A model generated the notes under the pieces. That model had not been told where the DNA came from. It worked only from the letters and a program-made list of their open reading frames with translations, and ran no database searches. Shown here one piece after another: positions 44,307 through 59,300 of a stretch of DNA of 64,000 bases (within the stretch, counting starts at the first letter, position 1; each line of letters opens with the position of its first letter). Position numbers and translations under genes: made by a program. This DNA comes from Trichoplax adhaerens (taxonomy: Eukaryota; Animalia; Placozoa): assembly GCF_000150275.1 (NCBI RefSeq), contig NW_002060945.1, positions 5,133,397 through 5,197,396 on the forward strand, given 5' to 3'.

Positions 44307-47300
44307 TTATTTCAAGCCTTTATCCTTCTTTAGTGCTGTGACCTTATTAAGAAGAGCTTGCCTTTGAGCTGGGTCCATTTTATTGATAGAGTCAGCTAAT
44401 ATATCATTTATTGCTTCACCGTTACTGTAAGTCAAGCTAAAAAATTGGAATAGTACAGTCAGAAACGTGATAAGGTACGAAAAAGCAGGTATTCTGATCT
44501 GGTAAGTACATATTTTTTTCTACGTTTGCATAAAAGTTAACTTACTCCTTTATTGTACGCGCCGCAAATTCACACCGTAAAGACCTCAAGTTCTTATGGA
44601 TTATAGATTTTGATTCCTCTGCTTTCAATTGTTCTTGAACCCATTGGTAAACTGCTTCGTTATCATTCCACTTTCGATCCTAAAAATTAATTTTGTTAGA
44701 ACTATTTTAGCAAAATCTGTATATTTTGTGATTACTATAACTTAAACTATAAAATTTATGCTAACAAACTTACCTCAGGTGCTGGATTATTTTCCTTAAA
44801 CCAAGACTGTATCATCATAGATTGGTGTTCTACAGCTATCGTACTTTAGAAGGCATAAAAAGTGGCAAATATATTAATGATGCTGGCCTAGTTTAGTAAT
44901 TTGCATACACTTTCAATAACGAAGATATTTGTTGTTAAATATGACTATTTTTAAAATTTTACGGGTTAGCCGCGCTGATCAGTTGTTTTATTTCGTGTTC
45001 GGCCAGTAATCGCTTCAACCGCCAATAGAAATATCTTCGGCTTGTCTTCCAGTCTAATATCTCCTACATTGATACCAATAGAGGAAGTTATCACTGAAAA
45101 TTGTAGATGTCATCCATAATTAAGTTCTAACAAAAATCAAGCTGTTAAGGTTAAAAAGATATACCCGAATAACTCCCTTTTCACGCATTCTACCAGCAGT
45201 ATCATGCAAGTCTGCAAACATTACGGCAGCCTATAGTAATAAATAGTCATTTTCCAAGCACCTGGATTTTGCAACATTTGTATTTAAAGAATGCCCAAAA
45301 GATAGACAAAGTCTAACCTCGTGGTACATCGGGGCTAGAAAGTTCTCACGTTCTAGCTTTTCATTTTCCAATTTCTTTCTCTCTTCAGCTTTTAAATCTG
45401 AATTCAAAACGATGCATGGTTAGGCTTATTTATAAATGTATCCACGTTAGGACCATAAATTACAAGTATTAAGTTACAAACTGCATAAATATAATAACTA
45501 AAATTAGCAAACCTTTGTTAAGGCATGCAGTAGATAACGAGGCATAATTCGCATCTAATCTGTTCATTGTTTTAATGATGTCCTTTTTCTTAAATTTGAT
45601 AGCAACAGTGCCTTCTGGCTCTAAGACCCCTCCCCTAATTAGTTAAGAACGATAAAATTATTAAAATCATGGTAACATTTCCATGAAATAATATGCATAG
45701 TTGTATGATTAGACAGACCTGCTTTCTTTGTCAGCATACATTTCCATGTAATTAGGATTAATAGTAGGATCTAACACTACCCAAGCACCTCCTCGAAGCT
45801 CACCACATGGAGGGATATAAATCAAAATTGGTTGTTTATATTCTCTGAGAGCATCGACAATGTATGAACCAAACTTCAATATTTCATCAAACATATCTAA
45901 TAAAAATTAAAGTCCCAAAGTTTATGCTCGTCATAAGCAAAATTATATTTGTGAGCAGAGTTTTAATTGAAACATCAATTTTAAGGTTATAAGTAGGAGC
46001 ATGGACCTCTTTGTCCACCAGAAAATCCTCTCCAGTTGGCAAAAATCATTAACGGTAGCCCTTCTCGTCCAAAATCATTAATCGCCTGTGCCGTCTTATA
46101 CGATGAGTCTGGGTACCATACCTGACCAGCCTGGCTCAAGATCTAAGTTTTTATTATTAGAAATACGATTTACTATCAACGTGGATAAAATGAATTTCTA
46201 CAGAATTTTGAACTGGTAATTGATCCAATGTAATAAACACTTACCACTGCTTCAGATTCTGTATTTGCCGGATCAGCAGGAATTTCAGCTACAACAGCTC
46301 GCGTTTCCGCAGTAATAACACCCACAGGGATACCTCCCAATCTAATAATGATAGTTCAAGCATAAATAGATAACAAAATAAAAGCGTCACAATCAACAGG
46401 TTTTATGTCCATTTATTAAGATTACTCATTTAATAACTGAGCCCATAATGGAGACATAAACAAAAAAATGCGTCATAAACATGATATAACGCGCTGTGCA
46501 TTATTTAAATTTACAGTAGTTGAATAATAGTATTCTCCAATTACCTGGCACGTCCAGCTATAACCGTTTGAGCCCATGGACGCTGAATTTCGATAAAGGA
46601 ATCTTTATCGAAAAATCCACTAACCCACTGACCATCTAGCAATTATCGATAAGCTAAACAAAGTTAGGTTTCAGTCATAAACAAATACGACTACAATTTA
46701 ACCTGACCATTATTTGCCTTTCCAGATAACATCCAACGTGCATCAAATGAACTTTTACTAGGAACATATCCAATTTCTCTATCAACTGCATCCCTAGACT
46801 TTAGTGGTCTAGCAATAGACTTATTATCCTAGATATTATCCCAAAATTAATATTATTTGTATGACTACACAAGAAGTCTCTAACTATTAGCTGTGTAACA
46901 TGATGAGTATGATTAACCTTTGCAACGAATGAAAGCCATTTAACAATGCTATAGATTCCCTCAAAATCATCGTGTACAGTCAGATGCGAAACACCTGTAA
47001 TTAATAACAATCATTGGAGCAAGCAAGTTAACGCTGAGATATCTAGTTCACGAACTTAAACTTCAATTCAGGGTTACCATTGTGATACATAATTTGAACC
47101 CCGCCGAGTTGAGCATTAGATGTATAAACTTGCCGGCCTAGGACCTGCAAATATCAGTTTTTAGTTTCCTTTTTCAAGTTTATTTTAATTAATCAGATCA
47201 ATCATTGCCAACTATTAATAATTATAATTAATGAACCTTATTTAATGCCTGAGCTCCCGTTAAGATGATACTAGTATTCTCAGCTTGGATAACTCTTTGG

Positions 47301-50300
47301 CCAAGCCTTATAAGGTATGCACCAATACCAACTGAACGACAAGTAACCTACAGTACATAAAAAGAAATACAAATAAACAGGCTTAATCAAATATCTTTAC
47401 GGCACTGACTCAGGCAAATCCCTGATATAAATAACAGCTGTAAGTTAACTTTTTACGATATAAAATTAGATAAGCAGCAGTTTCTAGAATAAATAATAAC
47501 ACGTGATTTATTATTTTACCAAGCTGATAGTGACGATATCTTTGTACGCCTGAGAAGTTTCGCCGGCGATCATTCCAGAACCGCTAAGATTTTCGACACC
47601 TAAGCCATCTTTCATTCCTTCATTTCAATTTAGAGCATAGGAAGAAGAAATAAATGGCACCGAATCAGATCGGTAAGTTGATGATTACGTGTACTGAACG
47701 GCTAGAGGGGAATTTTTTGAAATAGTACCTATAATGTCCGTTATTTTATAGCGCGATTCGCCTTCATCTTCAATCAGATCAGCTTTAACCGATTTAGCCT
47801 TGCTAAACTATAAAGTGATTGTATAGCAGGAATAAGACTTATAATAGAAAGGATTTAAAAATATATGCATGAAAATATTCATTATTACCTTGGCAAAATC
47901 TGCAGGTGTTAAGTACAAATATTTGAAGCCCTAATAAGACATGTTTGAAATCTTACTACCATAAAAAATAAATGTAGATCATTTCATTGTTATACGAATT
48001 CTCATGTTTACCCGTTCCGGATAGTTTTGATTCTCCCAAGCAATCTTAAACAAACTTTTAACTTCTTCAGCTAATCCAATTCTAGCTCCACTGTTAACAG
48101 ATATATAAATACGCGGTATACCCAAACGTCTGGCAAGTTCTGAAGCTTTCTAAATAATTTAAATTATGGTCGAATTAAGCCTAATCTTTATATCAGTTAT
48201 ATTGCATAAATATAATGATCTCTTACCATGAACACTTCATCTTCTAATAGACCGAATGATCCAATATTAAGGGTGATATCATTAGCAATTAAAATGATCT
48301 ATAAATAATAATTACAGCCATGTAAAGCTATTTGCGTATCCTTACATTTGATTTGAAATATAATAATACCTCTCTGCCTTCAGGACATTCAGGTGCAAAA
48401 AGTTTAATTTTCCAGGCTATCATGCCAATCTAAAGAAGTTATAAAATAAATTTTTCGTACAGAATTGAATTATAACTGCGATGCAGTCTTCTATGAACCT
48501 GATTCTCTCCAGGAAGTCTTTGTAGGACGATAAGTTGACCTTGATCATCTAAAACTAGTTCTTCACAAGATATCTAAAACAAGGCCGTTTGGTTAGTCTA
48601 TTTCTAGATAGTAAATGAAACGGTAGCAACAACAAAGAGCACAAGACGAAGTTAAAAATGAATACCAAGACATCTGGCTTAGTAACATCTGAATTCATTC
48701 TTGCATACTCATCCCATGCGTACGAGACAGCCTAGTATTAAAATACCTTTAACATGACTTTTTCTATGTTATGCGTCGGTGTATATGAATAAATCAATAT
48801 CAGTTTCATACCTGTTTAAACAGCTCCGGAAAGTCATAAACATACGTAGTACCGTACTGCTGAGCCTGATAGCGTTTAGACTAATTGCATTGAAATATTA
48901 TGAGATTAAAGGATGTTGAAACATTTTTTGTAATCCGTACTAAACATTCCGACACAACTAGAATAATACCTGTAAGTGATCCTTCGTCATGTAAGGGACA
49001 CTTATAGATAGACCATGCATTGGTCCTTGGACTTTTCCATAGGATTGAAATGTTACCTACCATTAAAGTATACGGTAATTAAGCAGGTAAACACATAAAA
49101 TAATCTCTGCTTCAGCTTTGCAATGGTTCAACTTCAAACTTACTCTTCCTGTTCTGTTATCAGTATATTCCCGATATAAATATGTACTGAGGAAATATCC
49201 GGATTCACTGTTAAGTACTAATCGGAGCCCAATTTGATCCGCATCTGGTGAAGATCTAATAAAGTAAATCGATAAGTTTAAGTGGGTTACGTTTCATACA
49301 GGTTTTTAACTCTAGAACGCATGTATAACCTTATCGTCATTTTGATTTCGGCTTGTAAGACTCTGAGACTTAATAATCTTTTGCCGTATCTAAGGACCAT
49401 GCGGCGAACATTTTCTTCGATCTGTATTACAGAACACATACTTCGTAACGAATCTATCAACACAAATACTTATTATATTGCGATATATTCGTCGCCTTAC
49501 TTTCGTTGGATCCATAATGACAGTAGGCACAAAATTAAGGAATATATGATTGCAATCAGTGCCTCTATACTGTAATGAAAACGAAAGTTTCAGGAATTAA
49601 GAAATTACAAGTCAATTTTTTAATTAAGGATGTATAGTTGACTTGCCTCTGGGGATATTACAAGTACTTCCAAGGTATCTAAAGCTTCCAGCAAGTATCT
49701 TTCTCCTTCTTTTTCTAAGTATTCGTAAGATGCATCCTGAATTTTGAAACAATATGGTTTCAACGTCTGTAACAGTTAAGACTATACGTAATATAGAGTA
49801 ATAAAATTGTTTGGTAATACCTTTGTTACAAAATCGGAATGTCTAATGATCATCCGGATAAAAAATCGACGATCGGTAACAGATTCATTTGCCGACTTAA
49901 TTTGAGATATTACAAACAGTCCTTTAGAAAATTTTAGTAAAGTGTTATATACACTGAAATCTTTAAGTTTGAATGAACCTTTCTCCCTTTACCAAAATAG
50001 ACATGCATGCGAGGATTATCTGTTGTTATATATGCTATATCAAAAGCTTGCATTCGACTAATTTCGAGTTGAAAAGCTAAGGCTGGTTCTAGGTGGCGGT
50101 AGATTGTATCTTCTTGAAACTGAAAATAGAATGAATAGGCAACATATATTCTTATTTATGCGAATAAAAGTAAAAGAACATGTCAATAAAGATCTTACAA
50201 TTGTATTGGCGCGATACGTGAAATACTTTGGAAATCCACCCTATAAAATAGATCTCTTATATTAAATTATTGATTTGTCAAAGCACGATTTCATTATAAT

Positions 50301-53300
50301 CTGATGTTTTCGTCAACCTCTTCAATAATAAGAATAGTAATTCGACGTATTCCATATTCGATAAGTTCACTTTTCTAAGAAATTAGAGGTATCAATTCAG
50401 TTGACTACATCATATCAAATAAAAGTTTAAATTTTTTTACAGAAACAGACCTTTGCATGTACAAATTTTTCTAACATAGTAGCCAAAGCATCGTCCTTAT
50501 ATGCATCAATCTTCAGGATAGCAACATTAATTATGTGGATCGGCTCGTCAGAGTAGAGATGCTTAAAGATATAGTTATGATTTGGTCACATAGGCTGGAT
50601 ATTAATAGATACGCGTACATACGTTGCTATGTATATATTATGGAATAATGTTAAGTAAAGTTACAGAAGTTTGATTTTCCCACAAAGGTTCTAATCCTTT
50701 CCTAGCTTCAGATCGCATAGGACTGACGGGATCGATGCGAAAACGACGAATTATTGCAGCAAAATTCCTGAAAAGATCAGAGAAGATCATTATCTGTAGC
50801 AAGTGATATTAATTTAAATATGATGCAATACGTACTCCTCTAGATCCTTCAAGTCTTCGACTGCGGTCATAGCACCAATTCTTTCACAAGGCGGTAGAGA
50901 ATCGTCTTTGGCTGCATAACTAGACAAGTCTTCACTCAGGCTAGCTACCTGATGTCCAAATTAGTACCGTAAGCGTTAATACAACAAAAAATTAGGGTAA
51001 GTACAATAAAGTCCAAGTAATTACCCTCGTTATTGGTCTTGTCAACTGCTTCGTTCTCTTTATATTCATCGAAACCCGATGTGGGTGGCTGGACGGAAGA
51101 AGAAATCGAAATTCTACCAACCATTTATTACCACTGAGCTAATACGACGATATTATAAAGTATAGGTTAATGCTTCGTCAGTAACAATGATAATAAATAG
51201 CTAGAAATATAATTCATTGTAGAGTACTTTTTCATGCTTTAAGCTTTTCAATTCATAGGCTTGGTACGATCGTCTTACATATACCTAAAGGATTACGCTA
51301 TTAATACCAATCGTATCTGGATTTTGATTCCGATACTGACAAACTATCAACTTTACACTACATCTACCAACTAAATTAAGAAATACTATGAATCATGTAA
51401 AATAAACATGTACTACTGCCTAACATACCTCAAGAGCAGCCATTTTTACTATATTGTTATCATGGTAAAAGAAACTCGGTAGAACATCAAATATTGACGT
51501 TTCCGATACTATAAGTTTCTAAGGAGAGATTTTCAATTATTTAAATCAAAACTGAAGTTACTCAGAAACTTATATATGAATTAAAACCATACTTGCAGAT
51601 TATCAGGGCAAAACTGATGCCCATGCATGTCAATGGCGGAAAGAAAAATCGATTCTACTTGGTTACGTCGTAATTGATACGAGGGCTGATGAGCAGCAAT
51701 TAGTACCTAAAAGGAAAACTATTTAATACCACACCAACTCATCCCATTATTAGAAATCGGGTAATTATTTAAAAGGTAGTACTATGAACAAACCTGTCTT
51801 GCTCTCAAAGCCACTTTAGCATTTTCTTGATTGTTAAGTTTGGTCAGTTCCGATAATACTGCAATAAGTTCATCAGTCAAACCAGTTTCATTAGAGGAAA
51901 TATGATCCTAAGGAACAGCATTAGATATAACTTATCAACGGGTAATAAGAATATATGATTAATCACATAATTTTAAGTATCAATCATATAGTTACTATTA
52001 GCATCACAGCGGCGGTATTTTTCATGGCAACTTGTGAGTGTGAAAGAATGCTGGTGACAACTAGAGATAGATTATCGCTGTATTTTTCGCGTAATGCAGC
52101 CACACATTTATCGTAATTGCCTATTTTTAAATTATTAATAGTTTAACTTATATCGAAACAAGCTAAAGCCTCCCATATCAATAACATACCTTGATTAAAA
52201 ATAGTTTCTACTTCAATATATTTCTTAAGCATAGATATGACAACCGATTTCATGTGCCCTCTAGTACCATTTCGGTACCTTTGGAAAAATTGTATAATTT
52301 AGATTCCATGTATTCCTACTAATCTAATATAATTAAAATTACCTTCTCACAAGCTGCAGTATTGTTTGTGTATTTAAAAAGAAAGAGTCTCGATCTACTC
52401 TTTTTGTGAGCGTACTTGCATGTGCGTCAATTATGTTTGCAATCTGCAATGAAAAGTTTTCATTATCACTATATAATAAAGGTTTGATGATACTAGAAAA
52501 CAAACGGATAGAAATATCAGCAAATTAATACAGCTATTGTACCTGCTGGCTTGGAAACTGACATAATACAGATGTGATATTACTAGAATAAATAGCAAGC
52601 TCCTTATTTATAGCGTTTTCAATGGAAGCAGGTATGCGACCAGACATCGTATGCATGATCTCCTATATATCGATTAGATTCCGAAACGCTGTTAGTAAAA
52701 CTTTTTACCAATTCAAAAACATGATACTTGGTACCTTTAGTTCAAGTAGTGGAAGAGCCGGGTCTCTGAGGCAAGAGACTAATGTTTCAATATTTTTTTC
52801 AAGCTTTACAATAGACAAAAGCGAAATTTAATTTTATCAATAAGTAGGAATAAAATGATTTCGATATAATCAGAAATTGATAACCTGTACCTTCTTAATG
52901 AAATGTGATTTAGGTATACAATAGCCATCCATCAAGTTTAATAATAATTCCAGTGATGCCTTGAATATCTAGAAATAGTTAGGCAAATATTGAAATTTTA
53001 AGTATTACTAACACGAAATTTCGTTTAAAATTAATAGCCTTACTTGATGAACTTGGGCCCCTTCTAGTCTTGAATATTGCTCATTTGTAAACTTTCCGGT
53101 AAAAAGTTGCGCCTAATGAAATTTTAGAGTAGCAATTTAGAATCTATCCGTAGGTGAAAACAAATCATCATTCGTACAAATAATCTAAGGGAATATACAC
53201 CTTTTTAACAAGGTTTGGATCGTCAAGTTCTAGTGTTGCTAAAACACTCGCTGGTTCAAGAATGGCGCCAGGTCGTTTAACATAATGAATTCTTTAAAAA

Positions 53301-56300
53301 ATTTCTTAGTCAATATAGCGTAATAATGAAAGATAATATTTCGGGAAAAATTAATATTAGAACAGTCGATGTACTTACTTTCCAGATTCTGTAGAGATTA
53401 AGGACATTATCATTTTCATTACCTAAATTGTTTCTCGATGTTAGTAATACTAGAGGCGTGGTAGATTTATATTTAATCGAACTAAGAGTAAACACTAGCA
53501 AGGATTGGATGTAATGAGTAAGTCTTGCCTCAATTTCAGCATAAGGAATAGTTGGGTTAATTGCGCCACCGTCTTCAACTAAGAACTGTACCAACTTTCC
53601 TGCAGATGGGGACCTACATATTTGGATAATATAATTATTTAGTACATAAGTAAGCCTAATATTGGCGATTCATTACGATACAATGTTAGCCAATTAACCC
53701 ACCGTAGGATGGTTGGATCACTCTCTTTTTCGAAAATACAAGTTTTACCGCCAATCACAACACGGTATCTGTAATTCGCACAAATGTCAGTTAAAAAATT
53801 TCTAAATAGCGAAATGATGACACAATATCAATTATATTGACATTTCTATATACTTATCGACTTCTTCTGTTATATATGTCGTGTAACTATTGCCTCTTAA
53901 TGATATCAACAGCCCACTATCACTCAATCTGTGCATTGCAGAAAATTTACGTAAATAACACTAATTTATCTAATAGTAAGCTTGTATTACTATAATAATA
54001 AAATTATCAACAGCATACCGATGCACTTCGACTTCAATATATGAGCTATTCATAACGACAGCATAGAGTGACAAGCCTAATCGCGTAACCTTTCAGGTAA
54101 TAATTTTATAGATTAGCAATAATATAGGAAGCTTTCATAAATCATAGTAATGGAGATACTTTACCTGCAGTTCGTATTTGATATGATCGTGAATGAGTTC
54201 GACATTAACTGTATTAGTCAGCAGGTTGACGGGCAAGACCTGCCCTCTGCAATAGAAAATTAATCCTTAATCTGACAATATTCATATCTTAGTGAATATA
54301 AACTACATCCCAGGAGAAAACAAAAATTATATTGAACCTTTCTAAAGATGCTCCGTAGGTGGAGTATCGCTTCTGAATATCATTGCTAGCAACATGAAGA
54401 GCTCCAGTAATAACGGCCAGCATAATGTCGGGTTTTTCCGCCTGAATAGTATGTAAAATTTCATAATGCGATATTTAATAGCATTTCGAATGTGACTAAC
54501 CTTCACTTTCTTGGATATAAGCGCATCTAACCAGCTAGTACTAATTTCGTTATTACAAAAGTCATCAGTTTCCATCAATTTAATTAAGTACTCGACTGTA
54601 GTTCTAAAGTCCGCACGAATTGAAAGTTTCTGGAGAGCAACAACCATGTTCCTGTTTCATCAGTTTACAGATTTAAGTAGTAATAAAGTATGTTCAACCA
54701 TATAACTAATAATTTTATATGATGACTAGTGTACCCGAACGTATATGAAAACGCCCGCAAAAAAGGCACCGTACATTATTTCTATTGATAGAGCTATAGA
54801 TACATACCTTCTTGCATCTTCTCTATTTTCACCCCAGGCGAAGCAGTGGCCGAATTGGGAGTCCGCAAATTCATGGATCGATCCTGACGCAATGACACTA
54901 AAGTAACCCCACACATTATTACTACTCCGGAAATTTAACTCGTGAATCATTCCCCCACTAGGCTTGAAATTCTAAGATTTTACATTTAAAGCATCAAATT
55001 GCGTATATCTGTAAGCCAAGATAATAATCTAATCACGCGACTATAAATATAATAGATGATATTTATACCTCATCTGGATTTTCCGCTGTGATACGTGCGG
55101 CAATGACATGCCCTTTCGGAGGAAGTCGCTTATCGATGCTGTTAAGTAAATGATAACGGCAAAGTTAAATAAACTAGTGGTGCAATGGTGCATTCCTATA
55201 ACAATAAATACATCCAACTGAAATCTTTGCAATAAAGGTTTACTTTGAAAAATCAATAGGGGTATCTTCTAAAGGATTTTCTCCGTAAAAATTCCTTATG
55301 CTACTAATTCGATGTAATGGTATACCCATAGCGATTTGTAACTGGGCAGCTGGTAAATTTATATCTGTTACCATTTCTGTGCATGGATGTTCTACCTATT
55401 CATATACAAAATGCACATACGTATTTTCCCATGAATTAAATAATTTCCTATTGCTCCTTAACAATCATAATACCTGTAAACGAGGGTTCAGTTCCAAAAA
55501 ATAAAATCCATCTTCTTCGGTGTATAAATACTCAACAGTTCCCGCACTTACATACCGTACCATTCTTGCTAAGGTTACAGCGGCCTATGTTGACGGTGAA
55601 TCAGAAAGAACTATTTAGCATTGTAGTAAATCTTTATACGATGTAACGTATGTGCAGTTATCAAAGTACCTTTTCCATTTGTCTAAAGACTTCAGGAAGG
55701 GCAATAGCCGCTGGTGCTTCTTCGATAATTTTCTGATGTCGCCTTTGAACCGAACAATCACGACCATACAAAGAGATAGCCTGACCATATTGATCAGCTA
55801 AGATTTGCACTTCCAAATGACGAGCGCTGTTGTAATTAATATCAAAAACTTATATGTAAAAGACAGATTTATTTTTTATATGTTACAGTCTGCAATCCTA
55901 CCATTTAGCCAGCTTCATAATAAAAATTGGCGAACCAGGAACCTCAGATTGAACCTAGATGCAATTAGTTTAAAAAATTTGGCACCGTTCAGGACAAATT
56001 ACGAGTATAGCACTTCATTTATTATATATGTGGATTAGCACAAACCTGTCTGAAAAGTGTCGGAAAATCTTTCTCGCTTTCCACTTTTCGGATACCTTTA
56101 CCACCCCCGCCTTCAGATGCTTTAATCATTACAGGATAGCCTATCTTGTTGGCAGAATTAACACCTTCATCCACCGTAGTAACGCAACCCTTCTTATATA
56201 CTTCATCTGTAACTTCCGCTACTTTTCCTTTTGCGACATCTTCTTCTACCCAATCAATTTTGAGCTCTAAATTTGATTACAGAATATTATTTTCGTGTAA

Positions 56301-59300
56301 AAACAGCCATGGATCATTGATACTGTGTAGCGTATTACTGTACCTGAGCCACTCCATGGCATTGTAGGCACTCCGGCAGTTTGGGCAACAATCGACGATG
56401 CGATCTTATCTCCGAGTGCCCACATAGCATGTTCGGGTGGTCCTACAAAGGTTTTGCATTCATTATACGATCTTTTTATCATAACTACATTAATGCTAAA
56501 TACGAATACAGCATAACCTGTACAGTTTCCCATCTCTATTGCCTGATACTTAATACGTTACCTATAAAAGCTATATCGTTCTTATGTAATAATTCAGGCA
56601 ATCTAGGATTTTCAGAAGCGTGTCCCCATCCTGCCCAAACGGCCTGGATTATCAAAAGGATTCAATATTACTTACACTACATAACATAAATGCTGTAATT
56701 AAGAATTACGGTTAAAAAATTTTGGGTGTCCATTTCTTTTATTGCTACTTTCGTCAGTACAGAACTTAATACAATTTTAAGCAGTGCGTATCTTTTATAC
56801 TGCATATAGTATTTTAATTTAGATCTTACTTGAGACTTGGTCCTCTTGGCAATTTCTACAATCAGATCAACATTAGCGTAATTGTGATTATTAGTTCCTC
56901 CAGGTACCATGACGTAATGATCGGCCATTTTGATATATTCAGCATTAGCCTTATCGTAAGAATGTAATATAACTGCCTTAATCCACTGAATTATTACACA
57001 GATCAAATCGAGCTGATATAAAAATATCGGTAAGATGAATGCGTTGTAATGGTCAGATAGTTAATAAAAGTTTACAAAATTTTGTACTCTGTTGATAGCC
57101 CATCAACAGACATTACGTAGTAGATTCCAAGACGATTAATTATAACTAGGGCGCAACTTATGTAACTATCTGGTAAACTTATTGGTATATAAATATCTTC
57201 AATAACAATCAAATAATATCCCACTCAATTTCGGAATGGCAACTTGCCGATGGCCGAGATCCAGCACAATATCACGAAAATTAATTATTCGATCGACATG
57301 ATTACAGTATGACCTTATTGCCAGATAGTATGGTACTAGTTGTTAGACAACAGCGAGAGTATTTAATTAATTAATCAAAGAACGGCAAACGAGTTAACTA
57401 TACAATACAGAATTCATAACTCTAAAATATTGTGTAATTTATCGATATTTAGAATATACTACCAGTAACATACAGAAAGGCTATTGTGAATAGGTGACAC
57501 ATGCCTATACCTTAAGATCATCTGGAGTTACCATGGAACAAAATTTGATGGCCCTTTCGTTGCCAAACATTTCGTAGGACCACCGACGAACGGATGTCAT
57601 GCATTTTACGGCTGCGATACCATTATTTGATATTAGCACCTGTAGTGCAATAGTTGATGAGATACATTTTGTAGACAGGGAGAATAAATACTTTTTATTA
57701 ATGCAGCATATTCTTCACATTAAATTATACTGTCACTATCATGATATCGTACAAATTTGTTGCACATATTTATTCAAACGCGCATGTAATACGACATTAC
57801 GGTATACATAAGTATACGTATACTGTAGTACTGTAGTATAAGTATTCTAAATTAAAATACGAAATCACAGCAGAAAGCTTACCTTTTCAATAGCTCTGGT
57901 GCCACCAAAACGTCGTACAAATTCTTCAGGTGTAGTAATCTACAAATAAAAAAGTCATTGATTAATTATAACTGAGTTGCATTTATATTATACGACAGCG
58001 TATATTGTATGCTTCATGAACATCTCTCAAATGTATGAGCCCATAACAAATGACAATCAAACGCCGTGCCTTGCAGATTGTGATCAAATTTGAACGGTTT
58101 TTGTAATTCATCATCTACGTGAGGTAATCCAGGTACACTTTATTTTGAGATGGTCGTCGTAGCATAGTATAGTACAGTCTGTACTATCGTGGTCACTACG
58201 CATTCAATTTACTTGACGCAGTGAAGATGAATGGTGAAAATTTAATTTTTACGTTTGCTATCGCTAGTTTACAGCAGTAGACTTTATTTTGCAGGGTTAG
58301 TTTACGAGGCAGCTCAAGTTCGATTCATCGATTAGAACATACTGGCCCATAATTTATTCCGTGACAGTACAGTATAGTACAGTACAGTATATTGTACTGT
58401 ACAGCATACTGTACTGTACTGTACAGTATTGTCACACTGATACCGTTACTGTACTGTAAGTCATACTGTACGAGCCATGTTGCAACATTCGAAATTATCA
58501 GCTGATAAATAATAATTATTATTATTGTAAAGGTGCAGTACTGTACAGTACAGTACAGTACATGTATAATGATATTTAAAAGAAAGATTAAATTAAGACT
58601 TGCTTGACTATAACAATTCAAATGTGATAAAAGTATACCATTGTAAGGATCTACATTACTAGATTCACTATATAATCTACTCTGTATCATCCTTTTCATC
58701 GTCCACCGACTGTGAACCGCCGCTACCGCGCAGTATAAAATTAAAAAATTTATCTATGTAAAGCTGTTGTTGGGTGTTCAGGTCCCTGGTTCACTCTACT
58801 GTACGTCATAAAACTACTAATAGTAGTGCTATACTGTAAATAGTTAGTTCATGTTATTATTTTATACCAATTTATATTCCGTCCATGCGCCTCACTTGGT
58901 TTAAGAGAGCAACGTTAGAAGGCTAGGGCATTACTGCGCCAGCGTCATAAATCGTATGATTATATTAATTATAATATTGTTATTTTTTTACAGTTAATTC
59001 TATTTTATTTATTTTCCTCTAGTGTACTGTACAGTATTTTTTCTTTATTTATTTTACTGTAATGTACAGTACTGTACAGTACTGTATATTTTATTTTATT
59101 ATTTCGAGGACCTGGCATGGCCTGGCATAAGACAAAGAAACGGTTCAGAGTTCAGAGTTCTCCATTACCACTGTACACTTCAGTGTACAGTACTGTACAT
59201 TCATAGACGGTACTGTGCTGTAGTGGTATTTACTGTTGTTAAATTATTTTATTGAACGTCATCGTTCAAAAAATTTTTAATTTATTTTTTACTGAGGTGG

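Noticed and set aside
49282-56689. Plus-strand ORFs overlapping ACC, and 11206-11475 / 16306-16527 overlapping NAV
   Set aside because: Antisense shadows of real exons with no recognisable motifs.
56950-57510. Fifth solo LTR in the enlarged ACC intron (contains ...GGTGACA near one end)
   Set aside because: No matching TG start with a TSD and no visible similarity to the four LTRs.
58020-58140. Extra ACC exon [22 protein letters not shown] resembling SMSGLHLV
   Set aside because: There is a stop immediately upstream in frame and I found no phase-compatible splice sites to the neighbouring exons.
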